24,557 nt of DNA, from positions 1 through 24,557 of IMG/VR virus record IMGVR_UViG_3300021133_000034. The stretch is one strand, 5' to 3'. Numbering within the stretch: the first letter of the stretch is position 1; the number at the start of each line of letters is the position of its first letter. Positions 15,831 through 24,557 of the stretch are shown one piece after another. Source of the DNA: a virus. Taxonomy: Duplodnaviria; Caudoviricetes. The translations under genes were made by a program, and so were the position numbers. Under the pieces are notes generated by a model, which worked only from the letters and a program-made list of their open reading frames with translations, had not been told where the DNA came from and ran no database searches.

Positions 15831-16417
15831 TAACGTCCATTAAAACACTAATCCTTAAAGACTTCATAGATATTTCTATTTCTAAAGACTTGTCTATTTT
15901 GGGTGATGGCGCGGACGAAGAAAGACATGCGGCATGGATGAACATCATGTCTGAATATTATGAGGCATGTGAGCAAACAGATTTTATTGTACGCCTTAAA
16001 TTGGTGCGCGAAATTGAATTACTGAATTTGCATTTTAAAATTATTGAAGTAATCGGTTCAATAATGCAAGACCATTATTATTCCGAAGGAGCAAAACTAC
16101 TTCGTGATTTATACCCTCAATACCAATTTACTAAAGAAAGCACGTTAATGGACTTACAAGGCGTTTCTACTAGGGAAATAGCCAATAAGGTAAAGTATGA
16201 CCGCATAGTAAACCAACTATCTAAAATTGACAGCAAAACGGCAAATAACAAAGTTCAGACCGACACGCAAAAGTACATGCAGTTTACTAAGCGTATCGCC
16301 AATATAAATAAGCACAACGGGGTTAGATATGATTTGACAATGACGGTTTTGGAATTTGCCGTTTTGGAGCATCAATTAATGGAGCATATAGAACACATGA
16401 ACGAACATGGCAGATAA
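15827..16417 (+). CDS. Putative tail assembly chaperone
   Basis: Helical protein directly upstream of and overlapping the tape measure gene; C-terminal D..MTV.EF motif. Confidence 0.55.
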   Translation: MITSIKTLILKDFIDISISKDLSILGDGADEERHAAWMNIMSEYYEACEQTDFIVRLKLVREIELLNLHFKIIEVIGSIMQDHYYSEGAKLLRDLYPQYQFTKESTLMDLQGVSTREIANKVKYDRIVNQLSKIDSKTANNKVQTDTQKYMQFTKRIANINKHNGVRYDLTMTVLEFAVLEHQLMEHIEHMNEHGR

Positions 16418-19400
16418 TATCAGTAATATAGTTGACCCATCGGCGTTTTCGCAGTTACAGCAGTTGATTGATTTGCTTGTGAAGACCGAATCCGCTATTT
16501 CATCGGCAGCAGAGGAGGCGAAAAACATAAAAATTAATATTCAGGGTGCTGATAATTTAGCCGCTATTTCGGCGCAGATTGATAAAATGGCTGCGGCTAT
16601 TGATAATCTTACCGAAATACAAAATCAAAATAGGAGTGTATCGGCGGGTATGATTGATACTAATTTGAAATTTGGTCAATCTACGGGTACGATGGTTGAA
16701 CAAATGGCTAAATTCCAGAGAGAAATTAAGTCAAACAATGCGAATATAAACCAACTAAATAAAAGCATTACCACATTAGAGAATGACATAAAATTTTTTA
16801 GCGAAACCACTGGCAAATCAGCCGCTTTCATAGAAAATTCAAAAAATATAGTAGTAAGACTTACGGAATCTATAAATGAAAATAAAAAACAACTTGAAGT
16901 ATTAATACCTCGTACTGTCGAACTTGAAACCATTTACAAGTCAATGACCACAAATATCAAGTTGCAGGTACAGGCACAAAATGAGGAATTGGAGGCTACA
17001 AATGCCATTATTGCCGCTAAAAATAAAGAGAGTTTGACTATTGCAACGGGCGTTACGGCAAGGAAAGAGGCTATAAAAACAGCTAAAGAGGAATCCGAGG
17101 CAAGAGGGAGAGAACAAAAAGATATTGATGCGGAAATAGCGGCATTATTGAAATTAAATGCTACGAGGGTATCCGAATTGGATGGCATAGAAAAAATATC
17201 ACTACTCGAACAAGCCGCAAATGATAAGGTAGCGAAAAATGTTATAGATAATGAAGTAAAAAAACGCGATGCACAACAAAAATCTATCGACCAAGCTACT
17301 ATTTTAGAAGAAAAACAAGTGGCAGATGCTGTTTTGGCGGCCCAAAAGGCAAATGTTCAGATAGGTCGTGTTGGTCAATTACGAATAGCTTTACAAGGGC
17401 TGATTCAGGAATACGATATGCTTTTGCTTACCGAGGAAAAAGATAGCACAGCATTAAAAAATAAAGCGAACCAAATCAGACTTGTAAAAGAGGAAATGAC
17501 TTTACTCGGTAGAGAGATACAAGACACAACTAATAAATTATCAATATCTGATAGGATTAGTCAGCAATTTGGGCGTACTATGATTCGTACATTGGCTATG
17601 GTGCCTGAACTATTAGCTATGGCAGCACTTTTCGAGGGTATAAATTTAGCTACCGAATATTTCACAAAATTATCCGATGCTGAAGAATTGGCAAAAGACA
17701 GGCTCGATGCGTTTATTGATGCAACCAAAGAATTAAAACAGTTGGAAGCGGGGATGCCAACCAATATATTGAGCAAGGAAATGCAAAACACTACCGATTT
17801 TATACCACTCATTAAATACTATAATGATACAAATGTGGCATTAGAAAAAAGAGTAGCGGTTTATCAGAAAATACAAGCACTTTATCCGGGCTTTTTACTC
17901 AACCTGCAAAAAGAACAGGAATCGGGTAAATCACCTTTGCCAACTATTGACATCAACAAGGCTGAACAGTTCAATAAAGTAAAAACGGAGGCGGAGGAAG
18001 CGCAAAAAGATAAAGACCAAAGTCTTAAAAACGAGGCTGATGGGTATAAGGTTTTATTGGACCTGCAAAAAAAGCGGAATGATCTTATTGCTGAAGGGGA
18101 AATAATACGAACAAGTATAGGTTCTAAGGCTATTTTGGGTTTACAATTGCATTCGGTTGATAATGAAATAGAACAACAGAAAGCAGAATATGACAGATTA
18201 CAGAAAACAAGGGAGGTAAAACTGAATGACTATAACGCTAAACAAAAAGCCCTGTTAGATGCGCAAGTTTTTGAAAAAGGAAGCGAAAAAGAAAGCAAAG
18301 AAGAAAGCAAAACAATAGGATTACCCCCTTTATCCAAAAACGATACTGGCGCGAAAAAAGAAATTGACGCATTACATAAACTCATAAAAGACCAATTGGA
18401 AATAGAACGCGATGCAAATAAAGCCATCGTGAATGACACAAATAAGTCTTTGCAGGAACGATTAAACGCAAACATTGCCTATTTCAATGCGCTGAATAAA
18501 CTTGTCCAAAATGAAACTGAAAAACAAATTGAAGACCAAGCAACTGTAATCAAAAATGCCCAGGCGCGGGAAGCAAGTTTACAGGGGCAATTGTCGGGTT
18601 TAGAGGCGGGATATGGTGGTAAAACAAAGCAATTCTACAAAGATGCCAATGTTCAGAATCTCGTTAAAGGTATTGATACCCAAAAGGACATTATCAAATC
18701 CGCTGAAATTGCAATGATTGATGCACAGTCACAGGCATCCGTTAAAATGCAGAAAAATGAAACCGAAACACAAAAGAATATTTTTGACATATTCGATTCA
18801 AACGGTAAGAATATATTAGAAAATCAGGATAAGGTTGATACGCAACGTCAATCGCGCGATGCTTTGAGTGCTGCAATGGAGATTAAAACCCTGAATGATA
18901 AACTACAAGCCAAAGAAATATCGCAACAGGAATACCACGAAAGGGCTGAAAAGATTAATCAGGATTTCCGTAAAAAACAGCTTGAAGACGAAGTAAAGCA
19001 ATATCAGGAATTGCTAGATGCTACGGGCGATAAACGACTTGTAGGCGATAACCGTACAAAATTAATCGGCAAACAAGGGGCTGCGCAATCGGAACTGAAT
19101 GATATAAACGCGGGTAAGGGTGGCAAAGGTTCTAATAGCGATATGTCGCCTTTGGGTAAGTTATTCATGGGTGCTTTTGGGGATTCATCGGGAACGGGGG
19201 ATGACTTAAAAAAGCAGCAGCAAGCGGCGGAACAAGCGGCAGCAGTAACCATTGGATTGGCACAAAAAACAGCCGATGCGGTGAAAACGATAAAGGATAA
19301 TGAATTTGCGCACGAACAGGATTTGCTAACCAAGCAAGCCCAACAGGTGCAATTCGAAGCAGAACAGCGCATTAATGCCATCAATGCAAGTGTGGGCTAT

Positions 19401-20084
19401 AACATATCAAAGCAGAATCAACTTGCCATAGTTAATGCACAAACAGCGGCGCAAGAAAATATGCTGAAACAAAAACAGCAGGATTTAGACATTAAAAAGG
19501 CGCGTTTTGATAGGTCGGCAGCAGAGGCAAATGTCATTATGAGTACCGCACAAGCGGAAGCATCGGCATTAACATTATTGGGTAATCCATTGCTCGCGCC
19601 TTTCTATCCCGCCATTGCAGCGTTGATTGCAGTAACAGGTGCAGCAGAATTTGCAGCGGCATCGTCTGCGCCAATTCCGACATACAGATTTGGTACAACA
19701 GCGACACATACACATACGTTCATAGCAGGTGAGGCGGCAGAAAATGAATTGATTGCGCCACCAAACAAACCAGCCTATTGGTCGGGTACTTCCGCTAAAT
19801 TATTCCATGAGCCTTTAGGAACATCGGTTACGCCTATAAGTAAACTCCGTAAATTTGCAGAGGATAATTTAACTAACTCCATAGGTATCGAAAATGATAA
19901 AATAACGTATATCTTGAATGAGAAACCCAATGATGACAGCTATTCTATATTGGCAGATGTATTTAATGATAAAATTGATACTTTAGTGACGGCTATTGAA
20001 AGAAACCGGCCCTTGCCATTACCCGACCTGAATGACGCAATAAGAATGACCATTAAACAAGAACAACTTAGGGGGAGAAACTAA
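16407..20084 (+). CDS. Tail tape measure protein
   Basis: 1225 aa, Ala/Gln/Lys/Glu-rich and helical, with hydrophobic segments and a C-terminal P.Y..GT...AGEA..E motif. Confidence 0.9.
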   Translation: MADNISNIVDPSAFSQLQQLIDLLVKTESAISSAAEEAKNIKINIQGADNLAAISAQIDKMAAAIDNLTEIQNQNRSVSAGMIDTNLKFGQSTGTMVEQMAKFQREIKSNNANINQLNKSITTLENDIKFFSETTGKSAAFIENSKNIVVRLTESINENKKQLEVLIPRTVELETIYKSMTTNIKLQVQAQNEELEATNAIIAAKNKESLTIATGVTARKEAIKTAKEESEARGREQKDIDAEIAALLKLNATRVSELDGIEKISLLEQAANDKVAKNVIDNEVKKRDAQQKSIDQATILEEKQVADAVLAAQKANVQIGRVGQLRIALQGLIQEYDMLLLTEEKDSTALKNKANQIRLVKEEMTLLGREIQDTTNKLSISDRISQQFGRTMIRTLAMVPELLAMAALFEGINLATEYFTKLSDAEELAKDRLDAFIDATKELKQLEAGMPTNILSKEMQNTTDFIPLIKYYNDTNVALEKRVAVYQKIQALYPGFLLNLQKEQESGKSPLPTIDINKAEQFNKVKTEAEEAQKDKDQSLKNEADGYKVLLDLQKKRNDLIAEGEIIRTSIGSKAILGLQLHSVDNEIEQQKAEYDRLQKTREVKLNDYNAKQKALLDAQVFEKGSEKESKEESKTIGLPPLSKNDTGAKKEIDALHKLIKDQLEIERDANKAIVNDTNKSLQERLNANIAYFNALNKLVQNETEKQIEDQATVIKNAQAREASLQGQLSGLEAGYGGKTKQFYKDANVQNLVKGIDTQKDIIKSAEIAMIDAQSQASVKMQKNETETQKNIFDIFDSNGKNILENQDKVDTQRQSRDALSAAMEIKTLNDKLQAKEISQQEYHERAEKINQDFRKKQLEDEVKQYQELLDATGDKRLVGDNRTKLIGKQGAAQSELNDINAGKGGKGSNSDMSPLGKLFMGAFGDSSGTGDDLKKQQQAAEQAAAVTIGLAQKTADAVKTIKDNEFAHEQDLLTKQAQQVQFEAEQRINAINASVGYNISKQNQLAIVNAQTAAQENMLKQKQQDLDIKKARFDRSAAEANVIMSTAQAEASALTLLGNPLLAPFYPAIAALIAVTGAAEFAAASSAPIPTYRFGTTATHTHTFIAGEAAENELIAPPNKPAYWSGTSAKLFHEPLGTSVTPISKLRKFAEDNLTNSIGIENDKITYILNEKPNDDSYSILADVFNDKIDTLVTAIERNRPLPLPDLNDAIRMTIKQEQLRGRN

Positions 20085-22822
20085 TGCAACCTACTTTTCA
20101 ATATTATTTGCAGGACGGTAACGGTAATTATTTCACCGCTGTTTTGGATGGATCTTCACCCGAAAGCTATACCATATCATCGTCATCTACCCGAACTCCA
20201 TTAGCGTCATTGCCAAAAGGGTGGGATACGCTGACTTTGCAATGGACACGTAACAATATGTGGATGGGTGTTTTCAGAACACAAACATCATCATTCGGTT
20301 TTGTAAAAGATGGCAGGGCTATACTCAAAGCGTTGTTGTTTAATGGCATCGTAAACGGTTCACCCTATGACGCATTCAATGTAACGGGGATTCAGGCTTA
20401 TTGTGTTCTTGAAATTGACATGATAAGCCAAGTAGATTTAACCTACTCAACCGTTTATACTTCTAATATCAATTTTCAACAGGCAAGCGATAACCAACAG
20501 GAATTGATATTTACCGTACCTACGTTAGATAGCAATTTAAGGGAGAAATTAGACGCTTATGCCAGCACACAGTACAATGTGCCGCTTTGGATTTTCAAAA
20601 GTGGGGAATGGTTTTTAAATGACCTTGATTACGGCTCATCTACTCCTGTATCACCCGTTGTTGTCAATAATCGGGGCATCAAACTACTTTACAATCAAAG
20701 ATTCACGACAGGGGCAACATCAACTGTCCCGCTGTGGTTTCCCGTAGCAGATGATAGTAGCGGATGTCATAATGAATTTTCATTACAGCAATTAAATTTG
20801 ATTCAAGCCAATGGTTCATCTACAATTGTGGGCAATCACCTGTTAGAAAATCAATTTATTTTAGGGACGCAATCTTTCAGGTCTTTGCCAAATAATCACG
20901 ATTTTGAACCATTTGTTAGAAATTCCTATTGCTTTTGGAACTTATTAGGCGTGGATACATCATTGGTTTTTTCACCTCAATTTATATTTGATATAGAATA
21001 CAACAATCCCCCTGCCGCTTTGGCAACATACCCATTAGGAAGTCCCTTTGTAGCTAACTTTCAAGTTTACGGGGTGATGCATGACGGAGACCCTGCTTTT
21101 ACGGATAATATTGGTACAATTTTAATTTGGAATGACCCGTCACAACCTGATGGGACATTGATTTTATTATCGGAGGCTGATTACAACCCTTCGGGTAAAT
21201 TATTGACTTTCGAAAACCAAAATAAAACAGACATACCAAATAGTATAATCAATTTTTATGACGACATGGGTAATCCAATTGTCACTTATACGCCACATAA
21301 TTATCCCGTTACATTACATCAAAACGGTATGACGGTTATCGGTATGAATTGCGATACGGCATGTGGTGGTCCTTCGACTGCGGGTACTATTAATATTTAT
21401 GCAAATGACCTTGATTTTTATGCTTTCGATATTCCCGCTTATTCGGGCAATGCCGTACCATCATCTGATGCCCCAAGATTACCCGATTCAACGGCAATAG
21501 GATTCAGACCTTTGGATTTACTCAAAGCGTTGACAATGTCGATGTTTACGACACAAACAGATCCGAATGGTATGCCTGACCTTAGTTCGGTAATTGATTA
21601 TAACGGGGAATATGGCGCAAGCAAATTTTTAAACGATGACACATTGGACCCGACACTTAATTTTGATTCAATACCTTTCAGAACACTATTTACATGCGGT
21701 AACAGCCTTCGTAATATTCAAGGCATAGAGTATTTATCTACATCGCTACAAACTTTTTTTAACACGCTTTCTCATATTTATTCCGTTGGGTTAGGTATTG
21801 AAACTATTAGCGGTGTGGACGTTTTGAAAATAGAAACTTTGCATTATTTCTTTGATAATACTACTCTTTTGCTTGATTTAGGAGAGGCTGTATTTGGGCT
21901 TACCATAAAGCCTACAACGACATTCATAGGTAATAATATCAAAACGGGATTCCAACAACGCGCACCTAATCAGGATTACGGACAAGATAGTTTTTGCGTG
22001 GAGCAAGATTATCAAACAGCCATTACCCGCGTAAAAGCGGATATAGACCAAACCATTGCCGATAACTGCGATATGTACCAAATAGAGCTGGCACGGGCGG
22101 AACAAAACAGTAAAGACCAATCAAGCGCAAACAGCGACAATCAGACTTACCTTATTCAGATTAATGATACCGTAGAAGGCACAACAACTATTTATGCGCC
22201 CGACCTTACACCGATAGTAGAAAATTATTACAATAACTTCATGCCTATTGATATTACAGGCACGGTTCAAAATACGGATAACACAGCAGCAACAGACCCT
22301 TATGTTTTCGGGCTTTTATTTCCCGATACAGCCGTTAATTTGGGATTATCACCCGCGAGGTGCGTAAATAGAAATGGAGCTTTCTTTCGGTCTATATTGG
22401 ATGGCATGGACGAAACATATTTGACATTCCGCAAACAATACCAATTATTATTCAATCAAGGTTCGCTATCGGGTGGTTCTTATGTATCAAATCTTTATCC
22501 TTCCGTCACTTCCAATTTACAGGTAGGTTTGGGTAGTGCGCCGATTAATGAAGCGGCTGATATACAAGTCGTTTATCTTTCAAGCTATTGGGGTGCAGAT
22601 AGCGACGGTGTAACAAAAATATTCCGACCATACCTGATGACCATTTCTACCCGTCAGCCATTGAATATGTATAGTATCATGGCTTCCGCGCCTTATGGGT
22701 ATATCCAATTTACCGTAAATGGGAATATATATCAAGGGTTCATTTGGGACGTATCCCAAAAATTAGGTAATGACGCGTCCACAACTTTCACTTTATTAGC
22801 TCACCCCGACCAAACTTTCTAA
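20084..22822 (+). CDS. Large tail tip / baseplate hub-like structural protein
   Basis: 912 aa, acidic, appears beta-rich; TAATG-coupled to the tape measure; P.GWD, L.IE..YFF and N..LSP.R motifs. Confidence 0.7.
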   Translation: MQPTFQYYLQDGNGNYFTAVLDGSSPESYTISSSSTRTPLASLPKGWDTLTLQWTRNNMWMGVFRTQTSSFGFVKDGRAILKALLFNGIVNGSPYDAFNVTGIQAYCVLEIDMISQVDLTYSTVYTSNINFQQASDNQQELIFTVPTLDSNLREKLDAYASTQYNVPLWIFKSGEWFLNDLDYGSSTPVSPVVVNNRGIKLLYNQRFTTGATSTVPLWFPVADDSSGCHNEFSLQQLNLIQANGSSTIVGNHLLENQFILGTQSFRSLPNNHDFEPFVRNSYCFWNLLGVDTSLVFSPQFIFDIEYNNPPAALATYPLGSPFVANFQVYGVMHDGDPAFTDNIGTILIWNDPSQPDGTLILLSEADYNPSGKLLTFENQNKTDIPNSIINFYDDMGNPIVTYTPHNYPVTLHQNGMTVIGMNCDTACGGPSTAGTINIYANDLDFYAFDIPAYSGNAVPSSDAPRLPDSTAIGFRPLDLLKALTMSMFTTQTDPNGMPDLSSVIDYNGEYGASKFLNDDTLDPTLNFDSIPFRTLFTCGNSLRNIQGIEYLSTSLQTFFNTLSHIYSVGLGIETISGVDVLKIETLHYFFDNTTLLLDLGEAVFGLTIKPTTTFIGNNIKTGFQQRAPNQDYGQDSFCVEQDYQTAITRVKADIDQTIADNCDMYQIELARAEQNSKDQSSANSDNQTYLIQINDTVEGTTTIYAPDLTPIVENYYNNFMPIDITGTVQNTDNTAATDPYVFGLLFPDTAVNLGLSPARCVNRNGAFFRSILDGMDETYLTFRKQYQLLFNQGSLSGGSYVSNLYPSVTSNLQVGLGSAPINEAADIQVVYLSSYWGADSDGVTKIFRPYLMTISTRQPLNMYSIMASAPYGYIQFTVNGNIYQGFIWDVSQKLGNDASTTFTLLAHPDQTF

Positions 22823-22823
22823 T

Positions 22824-24557
22824 ATGCCTGAAATAATAATTGTTCAACCGAAAAGCAACACAGTCAAATTCTACGAGGCGCAACCGGTTAATCCCGTACC
22901 TGAATTGGCGGTAAGTTCCTACGAACAGACAAACCAAATTTGGCAATTCCCTATACCATATGTTCAAAAGGTAGAATTTACAGATGATATTGTTTTGCAG
23001 TTTGGTGTATATAACAGTAGCAGTGCTCCTATTTTCTTTTACATATGCGATTCCAATAAAAATATCATCACCACAATTGGCGGCAGCGGCGGTAATTTTT
23101 ATGACATATATCCTGTTTATAAAGGCCATCTAGATATAGGGGTTTATGTCGATCCCGTTTCAGGTACGCCATACGGTTTGAGGGTTTATATGTTTTCTTT
23201 CAAGTTTGGAGATTTCTCGGCTTATTTGCCCGAAGGCGTTTATTACATACAGATAGCATTTCAGGCAACGCCCGGCTTTAATGGTGGCGTTTATTTTAGT
23301 GAACCCATGCAGGTATTATTAGACCATCCTTTCACCGAACTGATACAATTTTCTTACAACAGCAACAATAGCGAAAAAAATATTGTTCAAACAGGTTGGT
23401 ATTATGATTCCCTGCATACATCACCCTACAATCCCGTTTGGGCTATTCGGGCAGAAATGTACAAGGTTTATGCTGAACCGAGAGCTATAAATATCGGCTA
23501 TCTTCAATCCAACTATGAACAATTACAAAACAAAACCATGCAACGCCCCTTTTGGAAGTTGGCGGTGGGGGAAAATTGTCTTGGGATACCATTTCCATTA
23601 CTCGAAACATTAACAGAGGCGGTTTTGGCTGATAACTTTTGGTTTGCGGGTTATCCCTATATCGTGGACAATCCCGACAGCAAAAGCACATTGGCCGGCG
23701 TTTGGAAGGTCAAAACAATGGATACTATACAACTTTGCAAAGCCGAATGTTCAATTACAGAAAGATATGATGCTCAACGGGCTTTGACAAATACGGGTTT
23801 TGTCCCTATGTGGTCTGACCCTATAAGCGGATTTCCTTATGCAACGGGTGGTGCAACAATAACGGACGGGGTAAATGTTTATACATTCCCCATTGCAATA
23901 TTTTATACCGAATCAGACTCGGACACATACCTTAGTAATCTAAATTCTTATTACTTAGACCTTTATTCCTTGCAAGGTATTTTCTTGCATGAGGGTGGTA
24001 ATTGGTATTACCAAAACGGGGACAACGAATATTTTTATTCAGATAGCGATCCATTGGTATTAACCCATTATTTCACCGTGGTAAAAAAAATTATAACTCC
24101 CTTTATCGCTGGATTTAAATTTGAAAGCCATATTTCTAACAATGAGATTATTGATTGGGGGGATGGTAGTCCGTTAGATACTTTTGAGGCGTTAGACGGC
24201 ATATACCATTATGTGACACATTCCTATGCAAATTTTGGAACTTACACAGTAAATGTGTTTCATGATGACCGCTTGCAAGGGATTGAAATGGGAGATCATT
24301 TTTTCTTCCCCGAAAGCAACATAAGCATATCGGGTGAATTGCCGACTTCACTAACGCAACTTACCATACAGAATAATAACTTCACAACTACAACTCCCGA
24401 AATAGATTTATCTCGATGTGCGGAAAGTCTTGTCAATTTAGTAATAGTACAATGTGGCTTAACCGGTTTTGCAAATACTATTTTCAACACACCATTCCCG
24501 AATTTATTGCTTATTAGCTTTAACAATAATGCACTCACGCAGGGCGAAGTTGATAAG
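22824..24557 (+). CDS. Tail protein with PKD-like domain and LRR-like repeats, 3'-truncated by the window; not in ORF track
   Basis: Manual translation is open for 578 codons from ATG 22824 (MPEIIIVQPK...) to the end; IDWGDGS...THSYANFGTYTV, then LPTSLTQLTIQNNNF and FPNLLLISFNNNAL. Confidence 0.85.
   Translation, partial: MPEIIIVQPKSNTVKFYEAQPVNPVPELAVSSYEQTNQIWQFPIPYVQKVEFTDDIVLQFGVYNSSSAPIFFYICDSNKNIITTIGGSGGNFYDIYPVYKGHLDIGVYVDPVSGTPYGLRVYMFSFKFGDFSAYLPEGVYYIQIAFQATPGFNGGVYFSEPMQVLLDHPFTELIQFSYNSNNSEKNIVQTGWYYDSLHTSPYNPVWAIRAEMYKVYAEPRAINIGYLQSNYEQLQNKTMQRPFWKLAVGENCLGIPFPLLETLTEAVLADNFWFAGYPYIVDNPDSKSTLAGVWKVKTMDTIQLCKAECSITERYDAQRALTNTGFVPMWSDPISGFPYATGGATITDGVNVYTFPIAIFYTESDSDTYLSNLNSYYLDLYSLQGIFLHEGGNWYYQNGDNEYFYSDSDPLVLTHYFTVVKKIITPFIAGFKFESHISNNEIIDWGDGSPLDTFEALDGIYHYVTHSYANFGTYTVNVFHDDRLQGIEMGDHFFFPESNISISGELPTSLTQLTIQNNNFTTTTPEIDLSRCAESLVNLVIVQCGLTGFANTIFNTPFPNLLLISFNNNALTQGEVDK

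Larger units (their letters stand above)
1..24557. mobile_element. Tailed phage/prophage genome segment (siphovirus-like), probable Bacteroidota host
   Basis: Gene order TerS-TerL-portal-scaffold-capsid-tail tube-tape measure-tail; no sheath gene recognised; Bacteroidota-type promoters; A-rich start contexts. No integrase or host genes are in the window, so free phage versus prophage cannot be decided. Confidence 0.93.

Noticed and set aside
15100-16417. Programmed frameshift for a G/GT tail chaperone pair
   Set aside because: Genes are coupled by TAATG/ATGA overlaps with their own starts, and I saw no start-less downstream ORF needing a frameshift.
5311-24538. Many short antisense or alternate-frame ORFs inside structural genes
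   Set aside because: Fully nested in long coherent genes and without recognisable motifs; treated as shadow ORFs.
3474-24557. Stop-codon reassignment, introns/inteins or a diversity-generating retroelement
   Set aside because: Genes are long and contiguous in the standard bacterial code; TerL and the capsid protein are of normal size; no reverse transcriptase or TR/VR pair was seen.

Overview
Fragment of a tailed dsDNA phage or prophage with a siphovirus-like layout, most likely infecting Bacteroidota. Evidence for the host: TTTG-N19/21-TAnnTTTG-type promoters, A-rich initiation regions without Shine-Dalgarno sequences, and structural genes resembling those of Bacteroidota phages. Bases 30-2931 hold a minus-strand cluster of small early or accessory genes: a RadC/JAB protein, an LPD29-like protein, a GGxRxGAGRK basic protein, and two diverged paralogs with identical non-coding flanks, including a perfect 68-bp repeat. 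A divergent control region (about 2950-3470) contains a GC-rich, hairpin-dense stretch of about 217 nt with tRNA-like ends. From 3474 the plus strand carries TerS, a lipoprotein, a Zn-finger protein, TerL, portal, a ferritin-like protein lacking most ferroxidase ligands, a scaffold-like protein, the major capsid protein (preceded by a leader with three UGU-triloop hairpins), a signal-peptide protein, head-tail and tail genes, the tape measure, a large tail protein, and a PKD+LRR tail protein that runs off the window. All family calls are by-eye motif recognition; no searches were run.
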